From an uncultured Burkholderiales bacterium (GTDB lineage Bacteria > Pseudomonadota > Gammaproteobacteria > Burkholderiales > JALYOK01), in contig CAZILI010000003.1 in the NCBI GenBank assembly GCA_964539965.1, positions 1 through 31,111 on the forward strand: a stretch of 31,111 bases of DNA, given 5' to 3'. A program made the position numbers and the translations under genes. This document shows positions 16,759 through 25,553 of this stretch, one piece after another (the first letter of the stretch is position 1; each line of letters begins with the position of its first letter). The notes under the pieces were generated by a model. That model was given only the letters and a program-made list of their open reading frames with translations. It had not been told where the DNA came from and ran no database searches.

Positions 16759-17019
16759 GGCACGACGACGCCTGCGCCGGGCATTTGGCGCTCCGCCGCG
16801 GAGCCGCTGTCGCGTTGCCAATACTGGGACAACACTACGATTGACCTCCTCCAGGCGAATCGACAGTGTCAAAAAGGCGCTCGGGCCAGACGACCTAGGT
16901 GTCCTGAGACGGCGCGCCGAGCCGCATTGTAGCCTTTCTGTCCTCGTATTGCCCGCCATTGGAGCGGCGTTGTGAATGCCCGGCGGTTTGGCTAGACTGT
17001 CGCCTCATCAGGAATCCTT

Positions 17020-17469
17020 GTGATCGAAGACCGGTCGCCTCGGAGTCAGCGAATCAGCACGCGCGCGGTTGTCGCCAATCTGCCGTCGCTGCTGGACTTC
17101 GTTCATCAGGCGTGCGAAGGGGTCGGTGTGGCGGCTTCAGTCACCTCATCACTCAAGCTTGCCGTGGAGGAGGTATGCATGAACATCATCACGCATGGCT
17201 ACGCCGGCAGCGAACCGGGACCGATCGAGTTGTCGTTTCGCGCGCAACGCGATTCGATTACCGTTGTCGTTGCCGATCGCGCCAAGCCGTTCACTCCCGA
17301 GGCCGTTCCTAGCCCCGATTTGGGCACCACTTGGCGCAGCCGCCGCAGCGGCGGCTTGGGCTGGCATCTGGTCAAGCAGATGGTCGATCATGTCCGCCAC
17401 GAGCGAATTGTCAGTGGAGGTAATAGCCTGACTCTAGTGAAGTACATAAAGCCGTTGGATTCGGCATAG
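17020..17469 (+). CDS. RsbW/SpoIIAB-like anti-sigma factor / serine kinase (HATPase_c_2)
   Basis: LAVEEVCMNIITHGY (N box), ADRAKPF and GGLGWHLVKQMVD (G2 box). Confidence 0.88.
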   Translation: MIEDRSPRSQRISTRAVVANLPSLLDFVHQACEGVGVAASVTSSLKLAVEEVCMNIITHGYAGSEPGPIELSFRAQRDSITVVVADRAKPFTPEAVPSPDLGTTWRSRRSGGLGWHLVKQMVDHVRHERIVSGGNSLTLVKYIKPLDSA

Positions 17470-17474
17470 ATACC

Positions 17475-17828
17475 ATGGAAGTCACTTCACGCAACGTGGG
17501 AGGTGTCATCGTCTTGTCGGTGAGCGGTGCTATCGACGGCTTGGCCGCCGACGCACTGTTCGGGGCGCTCGGCGGCCAGATACGCGACGGCCATACTCGC
17601 TTGGTCGCCGATCTGAGCGGCGTCAACTACACGGGCAGTGCCGGTCTGCGCGCGCTGTTGGTGACGCTCAAAGACGCGCGGCGGGGCGGCGGAGATCTCT
17701 ATCTGAGCGCGGTTCAACCAGAAGTCTTAAGGGTGCTCGAACTCAGCGACCTGACGAGTATCTTGAAGCTGTATCCGGACGTCGAGACGGCGGTGGCGAG
17801 CTTCCGCTCGTCGGCGCCCGCGCGGTAG
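17475..17828 (+). CDS. STAS-domain anti-anti-sigma factor (RsbV/SpoIIAA-like)
   Basis: LSVSGAID, DLSGVNYTGSAGLRAL with the phosphoacceptor Ser retained, and VLELSDL; 5 nt after the RsbW-like gene. Confidence 0.88.
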   Translation: MEVTSRNVGGVIVLSVSGAIDGLAADALFGALGGQIRDGHTRLVADLSGVNYTGSAGLRALLVTLKDARRGGGDLYLSAVQPEVLRVLELSDLTSILKLYPDVETAVASFRSSAPAR

Positions 17829-17860
17829 GGTTCTACCGGTTCCTGGAAGGAGAAGTCATT

Positions 17861-18715
17861 TTGGCAAGCGCAAATTTGGAGGGGAGAGTCGCGATCATTA
17901 CCGGGGCGGCCGGAGGCTTTGGTCGAGTCCTGGTGCGCGCATTCCTGGGCGCCGGCGCGAAAGTCGCCGGCCTGGACATCGATACGCGTGGCCTGCAAGC
18001 CTTGAAAGACGATATCGGCGAGTTGGGCGCCGATCGGCTGTTCACTCTAGCAGCTGACATAGCGCGCTATTCCGCTTGTGAGGACGCGGTGGCACAGAGC
18101 GTGCGCCGCCTTGGCGGCCTGCACATCGTGATCAACAACGGAGCGATGGGACCGGCAGTCATACGTAACGACTGCATGACGCGGGCGATCGACATCGAAG
18201 AGATCAGTCCGGAGATGTGGCAGCGGTTCGTGGCGGTGAATTTCAGCGGCGCGTGGAACATGACTCGTGCGGCTATCCCAATCCTGCGCACGCAGCGATG
18301 GGGTCGAATCATCGACGTGACGACGAGTTTCTTCACCATGCTGCGCGGCGGATTTCAGCCCTACGGTCCGTGCAAAGCGGGGCTGGAAGCGATGGCGGCC
18401 GCTCACGCCAAAGAATTCGCCGCAAGCGGGGTGACCGTCAACGTCGTGGTTCCGGGCGGTCCGGCCGACACCCCTATGGTGCCTTCGGAGTCCGGCTACG
18501 AGCGCGAGAGCCTAATTTCGCCGGCGGTCATGGCGCCGCCCATGTTATTTCTGTGCTCGGGAGAGGCCGACTCGCTGTCGGGCAATCGCTACATCGCCGC
18601 GCGCTGGGATGCTGCGTTGCCGCAGGCGGAGGCAGAGGCACGCTGCCGCGCTCCGATCGCCTGGCCGCAGCTCGCTCAGGATCCGGTATGGCCGGGCGGG
18701 AAGCCCGATCGCTGA
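17861..18715 (+). CDS. Short-chain dehydrogenase/reductase (SDR)
   Basis: TGAAGGFG, INNG, YGPCK (YxxxK) and VTVNVVVPG; TTG start after GGAAGGAG. Confidence 0.88.
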   Translation: MASANLEGRVAIITGAAGGFGRVLVRAFLGAGAKVAGLDIDTRGLQALKDDIGELGADRLFTLAADIARYSACEDAVAQSVRRLGGLHIVINNGAMGPAVIRNDCMTRAIDIEEISPEMWQRFVAVNFSGAWNMTRAAIPILRTQRWGRIIDVTTSFFTMLRGGFQPYGPCKAGLEAMAAAHAKEFAASGVTVNVVVPGGPADTPMVPSESGYERESLISPAVMAPPMLFLCSGEADSLSGNRYIAARWDAALPQAEAEARCRAPIAWPQLAQDPVWPGGKPDR

Positions 18716-18745
18716 GGAAGTCGGCTCGCGTCGCAATCCGCCTCC

Positions 18746-19336
18746 TTACTTCTTGGCAAGGTCGGGGCACATCTCGCGGGCACGTGCTCGAGCGGAGAGC
18801 AGTCGCCGCGCGAGTATGCTGTCGGAGCGCACACGGCGATAGGTTTCGGCGAAGATCGCCTCCGACACGATGCCCATGTCTTGTCCGGCCTCGTCGTATT
18901 GCACGAGCCAATCGCCCGACTTGCCCTCGAGCTTGCCCCAGCTCGCCGTGACGGTGAACGGCTCTTTCATCTGCACGCCGAGAATCGGCGACGGACGCTT
19001 GTAGAACTTGCCGTCCTCCCCGCCATGAGCGCGGCCGAACGGGAGATAGTTCGCATCGAAGCTGCGGCGCGGAATCGGCCAGCATTCTCCCTGCGTCCCG
19101 GTCAGAATCGCATCGCCCGGCTTGAAGGCGACGCCCCGATCGCCGCGCGGCGATTCCTTGGTGAGAATATGCCCGCCGTTGTAGGGTGCGTCGGTGCGGA
19201 CGAGATCGGCTTCGACTGCGAAATGAACTTCCAGTGGGACAGGCAGTTTTTGCACCCACAAGACCTTGTCGAGCGCCGCGATGCCGCCGCAATCCTTCAA
19301 GAAATCCATGTCGCGCGGTTTCGCTGCTCCGGTCAT
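18746..19336 (-). CDS. PGDYG-domain-like hypothetical protein
   Basis: Two similar halves, KPGDAILTG.QGECWPI...F..NY and KSGDWLVQYD....GIV...IF..TY. The ORF-track extension to 19819 overlaps the upstream gene and looks non-coding. Confidence 0.6.
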   Translation of the reverse strand: MTGAAKPRDMDFLKDCGGIAALDKVLWVQKLPVPLEVHFAVEADLVRTDAPYNGGHILTKESPRGDRGVAFKPGDAILTGTQGECWPIPRRSFDANYLPFGRAHGGEDGKFYKRPSPILGVQMKEPFTVTASWGKLEGKSGDWLVQYDEAGQDMGIVSEAIFAETYRRVRSDSILARRLLSARARAREMCPDLAKK

Positions 19337-19491
19337 GAACGCTCGCTCAAGTAGGGACGTGCCGCTGCCTTGAAGGTTCCCTGCATACCGCGCCATTGTA
19401 CGGCATCGGCCGACGCCTCTGCGCCTCGGCTCCTCGAGCCTGCGCCGATTCTGGCGAAACTCGGTTCTCTCTTTCGGAAACTCGGGTCGTC

Positions 19492-20343
19492 CTACTGAGC
19501 GTCGATGCGAAACCGGTACAACTTCTCGCCGGTTTGGTATGCGATCTGACGAGCGATCGGCGAAGGCAACTGGGCGAGCCATTTGCGATGCCAAACGGCA
19601 AGGGCAGGCACGTCCGGCCAGCGCGAAGGCGTCCAGGTGTCGCTGCCGACGACGAATCGGTCGGGGAAGCGCAGAAAAAGCGCGCGCCAGCTCGGCGCCA
19701 AGGCGCCTTCCGGATCGGCGACGTCGTAGCGGTACGACAGCTCGACCCACAGGTTCGGAAACCGCTCCAGCCACCGCTCGATCGTCTCGATCGGCGTGGT
19801 GATGCCGGCGTGCGCCCACAGCACGCGCGCCTTCGCGTCATGGGCAAACAATCTCTCGATCGCGGCGGCATCCGAGTGCGCGTGCAGGATGAGGTCGTTC
19901 GCGACCGCCAACTCCACCACCCGGCGAATGACGTCGGTTTCGGCTTCCTTGCCGTTGAGGTGGAACTCGCCGATGCCGCGATAGCTTCCGCGCTTCAGTT
20001 CTGCTTGCAAGTAGTCCGGCAACTCCGGATCGCGCCACCATGTCGCGCGGTCGGCATACCAGGTCTCGAGGCTCGTGGTCTTGCGGTAGACCCTGAGTTC
20101 GGCGATGAACCGTGACCGATCGGCCGCCACCAGCTTGAGCGTGCCGTCGTTCGGCGTGCTCGAGAGTAAGGCCTTCTTGATGCCGGCCTGGTCGAGAAGC
20201 TTGAGTGCAGTCGCGACCGGGTACTCATCCCAGGCGTTGCCGTTGTAGTGAATATGGCCGTCGAACAAAGGCAGTTCGTCGCCGCCGAGCGCGGCGCCGG
20301 CAGACAGAAGCAAGCTGAGTAACAGGGATCGGAGTGTGTTCAT
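19492..20343 (-). CDS. Secreted amidohydrolase-family protein
   Basis: Signal peptide, LFDGHIHY (HxH), GIGEFHL, LHAH, WAHAG and FVVGSDTW. Its start overlaps the CCP stop by 4 nt. Confidence 0.82.
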   Translation of the reverse strand: MNTLRSLLLSLLLSAGAALGGDELPLFDGHIHYNGNAWDEYPVATALKLLDQAGIKKALLSSTPNDGTLKLVAADRSRFIAELRVYRKTTSLETWYADRATWWRDPELPDYLQAELKRGSYRGIGEFHLNGKEAETDVIRRVVELAVANDLILHAHSDAAAIERLFAHDAKARVLWAHAGITTPIETIERWLERFPNLWVELSYRYDVADPEGALAPSWRALFLRFPDRFVVGSDTWTPSRWPDVPALAVWHRKWLAQLPSPIARQIAYQTGEKLYRFRIDAQ

Positions 20344-21476
20344 GGTGGGGGCAAGGGATAATCCTTGAAAGCGGCGCGTGCTTGGTCGGCCAGCTGCTGC
20401 ACGTTGTCGCCGGTGAGGGAGCGTAAGAATTCTACTAGCGCTCGCTTGTCCTCTTCGGAGAGAGCCCGCAGCTCCGGAGGCAAGACCTTGCTCGCATCGG
20501 TTGCTGCGTTAGGCCGATGAGATTCGACGACCGCTTCCAGAGTCGCCAGCGAGCCGTCGTGCATGTAGGGCGCAGTCAGCGCGACGTTGCGCAGGCTCGG
20601 AGTTCGAAACGCGTTCTTGTCGGCGACCCGTCCCGTCACTTCGAATCGCCCCGCGTCGCGGCTTATGGGCTCTGAGACGCTCGCCAGCGCGGCGGCATCC
20701 ACTTCGACGTATACGTCGGGAGCGAGCTGCACCTTGTGCTTTTCGGCCGGCGTCGCGCTCTGTCCGACATCGTGGAAGCGATGGTCGGTGAACAAGCCAC
20801 TAGCCTCGCCGTAGCGGTGGCAGCTGGGGCAGCCCAACGCGTTGAAAACCGAAAATCCCCGTTGCGCCTCGCTCGACAGCGCCTGCGGCTCACGTTGCAA
20901 GAACCAGCGATCGAAACGCGAGTTGGCTGCCAGCAACGTCCGCTCGTAGCTTGCCAGCGCTTGGCCGATAGTTTCCCTGCTCGGGCCGCGTCCGTCGAAT
21001 GCCGCTTCGAACAGCCCGCGATAGTCAGCGAGCGACTTGAGCCTGCCCGCGACTTGTTCGACCGATGCATTCGCCATTTCATTGCGCGCCAACAGGGGCC
21101 GCCAGACTTGATTCTCCAGGCTCGACTCGCCGCCGTCGCGCAGCAACGCAGGCTCAAACGCGACGTTGAGCAGGCTCGGCGCGTTGCGGCGCACGCTTCT
21201 GCCCTCGAAGCCGATCGGCGTCGCCATGTCGTTTACCGCAAAAGCCTGCTCGGGCACATGGCACATGGCGCAGGACATGGTGCCGTTCGGCGACAAGCGT
21301 CGATCCATGAAGAGCTTGCGTCCCAACACGATCTTGGCCGGCGTGAGAGCATTGTCTGCCGGCGTGGTCAACGCCGGCAGACCGAGGGGGACCGTCACCT
21401 GAGCCGCTGCCGGTCCCAGCCCCGCTAGGCAAATCACCACACTGACGCGAGCGGCGAGGGCAGTCGCTGCGGTCAA
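20340..21476 (-). CDS. Di-heme cytochrome c peroxidase / MauG-like protein
   Basis: LGRKLFMD..LS, CAMCH, RNAPSLLN, CPSCH and FRTPSLRNVALTAPYMHDG; located in the mto cluster. Confidence 0.88.
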   Translation of the reverse strand: MTAATALAARVSVVICLAGLGPAAAQVTVPLGLPALTTPADNALTPAKIVLGRKLFMDRRLSPNGTMSCAMCHVPEQAFAVNDMATPIGFEGRSVRRNAPSLLNVAFEPALLRDGGESSLENQVWRPLLARNEMANASVEQVAGRLKSLADYRGLFEAAFDGRGPSRETIGQALASYERTLLAANSRFDRWFLQREPQALSSEAQRGFSVFNALGCPSCHRYGEASGLFTDHRFHDVGQSATPAEKHKVQLAPDVYVEVDAAALASVSEPISRDAGRFEVTGRVADKNAFRTPSLRNVALTAPYMHDGSLATLEAVVESHRPNAATDASKVLPPELRALSEEDKRALVEFLRSLTGDNVQQLADQARAAFKDYPLPPP

Positions 21477-21482
21477 TCGGCC

Positions 21483-22139
21483 TCACTCCAGCAACAACGT
21501 CTCAATGTCGTTCATCACGACCTGCGGCATGAGGAAAGCAGTCGTGTAGATCTCTCGAACCTGCCCTTCCTTGTCGAGCAAGAACACCTTGAGCACGTGA
21601 CTTAGCTCACGATGCATCTTGCCGGTCTTGCCGTCCGTTGCCACGCGCACGTCCTGGCCGAAACCGTCCAGCAAAGGCACCAGGTCTTTCGGTCTCGGAG
21701 TAGTCAGGAAATACCACTTGAGCCCCCGATCGTCCTTTACGTGGCTGCCGCCGTAGTGCCGCATGACATCCGGCGTGTCGCGCAGCGGATCGAACGACAG
21801 GCTCACGAACCGGATCTTACCGCTCCATTCTGGTTTGGCTTGAATCGCCTGTTTGAGGGCGGCAAACACCTCGTAGGCCAGCGGACACCCTTTCGGGTCG
21901 GCACAACTCGTGTAGATAAAAGACAGCAGCGTGATCTTCTCGCGCGTGAACTGAGCGAGCGGTCTGCGGCGTCCGTCTACGTCGAGCACTACGCCGTCCG
22001 GGACGGCCATGATCCTGTTCAATTCATAACTGCCCGGCGGCGGCGGCGTGAAATCGAGTTTGGCTTGCGGTCCAAGCTCGTGCGCCTGGGCCGCCGCGGT
22101 CAGTAGTGCGACCGCCGCCAAATGCCACCGACTCTTCAC
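21483..22139 (-). CDS. SCO1/SenC-family copper chaperone
   Basis: LLSFIYTSCADPKGCP, VSLSFDPLRDTP, WYFLT and HVLKVFLLD; signal peptide present. Confidence 0.88.
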   Translation of the reverse strand: MKSRWHLAAVALLTAAAQAHELGPQAKLDFTPPPPGSYELNRIMAVPDGVVLDVDGRRRPLAQFTREKITLLSFIYTSCADPKGCPLAYEVFAALKQAIQAKPEWSGKIRFVSLSFDPLRDTPDVMRHYGGSHVKDDRGLKWYFLTTPRPKDLVPLLDGFGQDVRVATDGKTGKMHRELSHVLKVFLLDKEGQVREIYTTAFLMPQVVMNDIETLLLE

Positions 22140-22155
22140 GCGACTCTCCCGTTCT

Positions 22156-23502
22156 CTATCGGCTTGCTTCGGCCAGAGTTTCTCGTTGGTCGTCGAGGAA
22201 TGCCGCGCGCGTGGCCTTGGAACCGAACTTCATGTGATGCGCGCGACCGAGCTTCTCCTTGTTGAAATCCACTTCGAAGGCTAGTTTCAGCTCCTTGCCG
22301 TCCCAGTTGAACGCGCGCACGAACTGTTCGTTGTCTTCGCCTTTCTTGTCCCAATTGGCGAGCAGGGAGGAGGTGATGTACACGCGCTTGCCGTCCCAGC
22401 TTTGCGACACCATGTTGACTTGCTTGCCGGTTTGTTTGGTGTAGGTCTCTTTCGGCGCCTCTGGATTCGACAAGTCAAAATAGCGCGTCGTGCCGTCCAT
22501 GAAGGTGTTGACCCAGAGGCCCTTGCCGTCGGCGCTGATCGAAATGTCGACCGGCAGTGGAATCTTGGCCGGATCGCCGATCGTGGCCACATCCTTCGCC
22601 TGCCATTCGCCTTTGTCGTCTTGCTTGATCAGCCAAATTTTCGACGTGAGCGCAGTGGCGACCACGGCCCAATTGTCGCCCGGCTTGAGCGACCAGCGAA
22701 TCTCGAGCGGCGAGCCGGGCACGCTGAAGATCTTGGTCGGCTTCATGGCTTTCACATCCCAAGCGACCATGGTAGATCCGAAGCGCTTCATCGCCTCTTG
22801 ATCTTTGACCATCTTACCCATGTCCATCATGTAGTTGTTCCACCCGGTGAAGCTCGAGGTGAGCATCACGTTCTTGGCGGGATTGATGCCGATGTCGTAG
22901 CCGTAGCCATCGCCTTGCACGTCGCCCATCTTCGCGCTCGGCATGTCGTACTTGGCGATGAAATCGCCCTTGTTGTTGAACAGCGCCATCCCCGTCACGC
23001 CGCTGTGATCCTTGCTATTGGATAGCCCTTGCACCAGCATGCGCCCCGGCATGGCGTAGAACGTGTGGGGTCCCACATAGCCCGTCTTCTCGACCAGGTT
23101 GGCGATGGTCTTGGCGAGCTTGGGTTTGGCGGGATTGGCGCCGATATCGAACACATAGATCTTGCTGTTGTCCAATCCGCCGGCCCAGAGGAAGCGTCGG
23201 TCGTCGGTGAATCCCATGTGATGCGCTTCGCCGCGCTCGCCGACCGATAGCGTGGCGATCACCTTGCCGTACGTCTTGCTCTTGGGATTGACGTCGATGG
23301 TCACTAGCTTGTCTTGACCGTCGCCCAGGCCCTCCACGCCCAGGGTCCACACGTAGACGTAGTCCTCTTGCCCCTTGATGAGTTTGGTGAGATAGGGGCT
23401 GTTGCAAGTCTCATCGGCGTAGCTCGACGGGATCCAGGCGCCGACCATGGCGGCCAAGCTGGTGGCAAGCGTGAAGCGAAGGGCGGCCGAGCGTTGACGC
23501 AT
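22156..23502 (-). CDS. mtoX: Methanethiol oxidase (SBP56/selenium-binding protein family)
   Basis: Mature N-terminus DETCNSP..., VWTLG, GEAHHMGFTDDRR, GPHT, SFTGW and SSLLANWD (candidate TTQ Trp pair), and C-terminal AHHM. Gene order mtoX-SCO-MauG matches the known mto cluster. Confidence 0.8.
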   Translation of the reverse strand: MRQRSAALRFTLATSLAAMVGAWIPSSYADETCNSPYLTKLIKGQEDYVYVWTLGVEGLGDGQDKLVTIDVNPKSKTYGKVIATLSVGERGEAHHMGFTDDRRFLWAGGLDNSKIYVFDIGANPAKPKLAKTIANLVEKTGYVGPHTFYAMPGRMLVQGLSNSKDHSGVTGMALFNNKGDFIAKYDMPSAKMGDVQGDGYGYDIGINPAKNVMLTSSFTGWNNYMMDMGKMVKDQEAMKRFGSTMVAWDVKAMKPTKIFSVPGSPLEIRWSLKPGDNWAVVATALTSKIWLIKQDDKGEWQAKDVATIGDPAKIPLPVDISISADGKGLWVNTFMDGTTRYFDLSNPEAPKETYTKQTGKQVNMVSQSWDGKRVYITSSLLANWDKKGEDNEQFVRAFNWDGKELKLAFEVDFNKEKLGRAHHMKFGSKATRAAFLDDQRETLAEASR

Positions 23503-23539
23503 TTCTTCCTCCTGGGGACGGTAATGTTCCGGAGGGGGG

Positions 23540-23569
23540 ATTCTAGGCTAGCCCTACGCCAACCGGCAA
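23540..23569 (-). promoter_or_regulatory. Putative sigma70-type promoter of the mto operon
   Basis: Minus strand reads TTGCCG-N18-TAGAAT, followed by the AGGAGG RBS before mtoX. Confidence 0.4.
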
Positions 23570-23676
23570 ACGGCCGGGCCTCAGGTGCGACCTATCGGGT
23601 ACCATCACGCGCCATGAACTCCGGCGCGGTACAGAGACTTTGGTCCATGATGCGGTCCGCACGCGTTCGTTGCGTC

Positions 23677-25548
23677 ATGCGGTTGGCGCCGGCGCTCGCT
23701 CTGCTCGGAACCGCGGCGTTCGCCCAAGCGATCGAGGTGCTGACCAACAATTACGACGATGCACGCACCGGTGCCAACTTGCGCGAACGGGTGCTCAACC
23801 TGTCCAATGTTCGCGCGGAAACCTTCGGTCGATTGTTTCGCCTGCCCGTGGACGGCCCGGTGTACGGACAGCCGTTGCTGGCTGCGCGTGTCGACCTGCG
23901 CGAGAAGGGCGTGCACGACGTCGTCTACGTCACGACGGGAAGCAATTCGGTGTACGCGTTCGATGCGCACGACGCTTCCGCGCTGCCGCTTTGGCGGCGC
24001 GAGTTGACGCGGTTGCCCGATGGAACCGCTGCGCCGCCACTCGGCATTTTCAGCACGCCGGTGATCGATCGGGCAAGCCGCACGCTATACGTCGTTGCAG
24101 GACTGCAGCGCGGCGCCGAGGCGCGCTACGTTTTGCACGCACTCGACTCGGCCGACGGTAGCGATAAACAATCCGGGCCGGTTGTTATCTCGGGCGCGGT
24201 GACGCTTGCCGGCGAGCGTGTCGCGTTTCAACCGACGCAGACCCGGATCGCGGTTCAGCGAGCGGCGCTGGCGATCGCCCAGAACAAGGTCATCGTTGCG
24301 TTCGGTGGCGACTATTTCGAGGGTTGGGTGTTCGCGATCGACAAGCACAACCTCAAAGCCCCCGCCGCGACGTTTTGTACCGTGTGCGCGAGCCGCCTGC
24401 CGGCGGTGTCGAAGGTCGACTATTTGGACAAGGACTGTGTCCTGCTAGGTCCGGGAGGCGGGATTTGGCAGTCGGGCCGAGGTCCCGTGGTGGACGCACA
24501 AGGACTGGTGTACTTCTTCACAGGAAACAAACAGCACGTCATCAAGGACGGCTGCCGCGTTCCGCAGGGTGTCAACGCTTGCGCGCGCTGCGCGGACGAG
24601 GCCGGCTGCCTTTGCCGCGGGGCCGGCGCCGGCAAGGCGTGCCGTGGGCCGGACGCGTGCGTCGCGCACCATGCCGGCGACGGCCGCCAGTTCGACGTCA
24701 ACGAGTCGCTGATCCAGTTGCATCCGAGCGAGGGATTGAGGCTCACCGGTTGGTTCCGCCCCGACAATTGGGATGACGGTGATGTGAACGGATTGGAACT
24801 CAACGATCTCGATCTCGGCGGCTCCGGGCCCGTGCTGGTGCCCGGCACCTCGCGATTGATCGGCGGCGGCAAGCAAGGTGTGATGTACCAGTTCGAGACG
24901 GCGCGTCGCTCGCCCGAATGCCGCCCCTCGCTCGATGAGACCTGTATCCCGCCGCCCTTGCAGAGCTTTCAGGTGGCACCGATTCCGCCGCGTCCGCACG
25001 AGTTCTACCGCCACATTCTGGGCGGTCCGGTGATTTGGATGCGAGCGCAGAGTGCGGGCGGCCCGCTGGTGTACCTGTGGCGCGAGAACGACCATCTGCG
25101 CAGCTATCGCTTGTCCGATGAATTTCGCGACTGCGACACGAACGCGCCTGCGCCGACCACGTCTCACGTTTGTCCGAGCGCAGCGCAAAGCAAGGAATTC
25201 ATCGACCGTCACCCAGGCGGCATCCTGGCGCTGTCTGCCGCGGGAGCCGATCCGGCCAGCGCGATCGTATGGGTTTCGACCAGCCGTGCCGTCAACGGCC
25301 CGGGCAAGTTGATGGCGTTTCAAGCGCTGCCCGACGCCGAATCGAAGGAACTCGTGAAGATTTGGGACAGCGACATGTGCGAAGGCGACGGCATCGAAGC
25401 CGGGTCGGACTTCGTTCCACCCACCGTAGCGAACGGCAAGGTCTACCTCGCGACGGCGGCCAATAGCGTCGATGTGTTCGGCTTGATTCCGGCGAGAGAG
25501 TGCGTGAGGCCGCCCGCCGGAGAATCGTTCGGCCCGCTCTTGCAGTAG
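23677..25548 (+). CDS. Secreted PQQ-like beta-propeller-type protein with Cys-rich insertions (about 623 aa)
   Basis: Signal [18 protein letters not shown], then [54 protein letters not shown] and [12 protein letters not shown]. The start could be 23614, 23647 or 23677. Confidence 0.75.
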   Translation: MRLAPALALLGTAAFAQAIEVLTNNYDDARTGANLRERVLNLSNVRAETFGRLFRLPVDGPVYGQPLLAARVDLREKGVHDVVYVTTGSNSVYAFDAHDASALPLWRRELTRLPDGTAAPPLGIFSTPVIDRASRTLYVVAGLQRGAEARYVLHALDSADGSDKQSGPVVISGAVTLAGERVAFQPTQTRIAVQRAALAIAQNKVIVAFGGDYFEGWVFAIDKHNLKAPAATFCTVCASRLPAVSKVDYLDKDCVLLGPGGGIWQSGRGPVVDAQGLVYFFTGNKQHVIKDGCRVPQGVNACARCADEAGCLCRGAGAGKACRGPDACVAHHAGDGRQFDVNESLIQLHPSEGLRLTGWFRPDNWDDGDVNGLELNDLDLGGSGPVLVPGTSRLIGGGKQGVMYQFETARRSPECRPSLDETCIPPPLQSFQVAPIPPRPHEFYRHILGGPVIWMRAQSAGGPLVYLWRENDHLRSYRLSDEFRDCDTNAPAPTTSHVCPSAAQSKEFIDRHPGGILALSAAGADPASAIVWVSTSRAVNGPGKLMAFQALPDAESKELVKIWDSDMCEGDGIEAGSDFVPPTVANGKVYLATAANSVDVFGLIPARECVRPPAGESFGPLLQ

Positions 25549-25553
25549 CGGCG

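Noticed and set aside
16989-17004. sigma54-like TGGCTAGACTGTCGCC before the RsbW-like gene
   Set aside because: Spacing is correct but the flanks match poorly, and it is too close to the start codon to leave room for a leader. GG-N10-GC is common at this GC content.
24445-25553. C-terminal 370 aa of the 646-aa minus-strand ORF as a fusion partner of the PEP-mutase gene
   Set aside because: It is out-of-frame read-through after the deletion and runs antisense to the beta-propeller gene.
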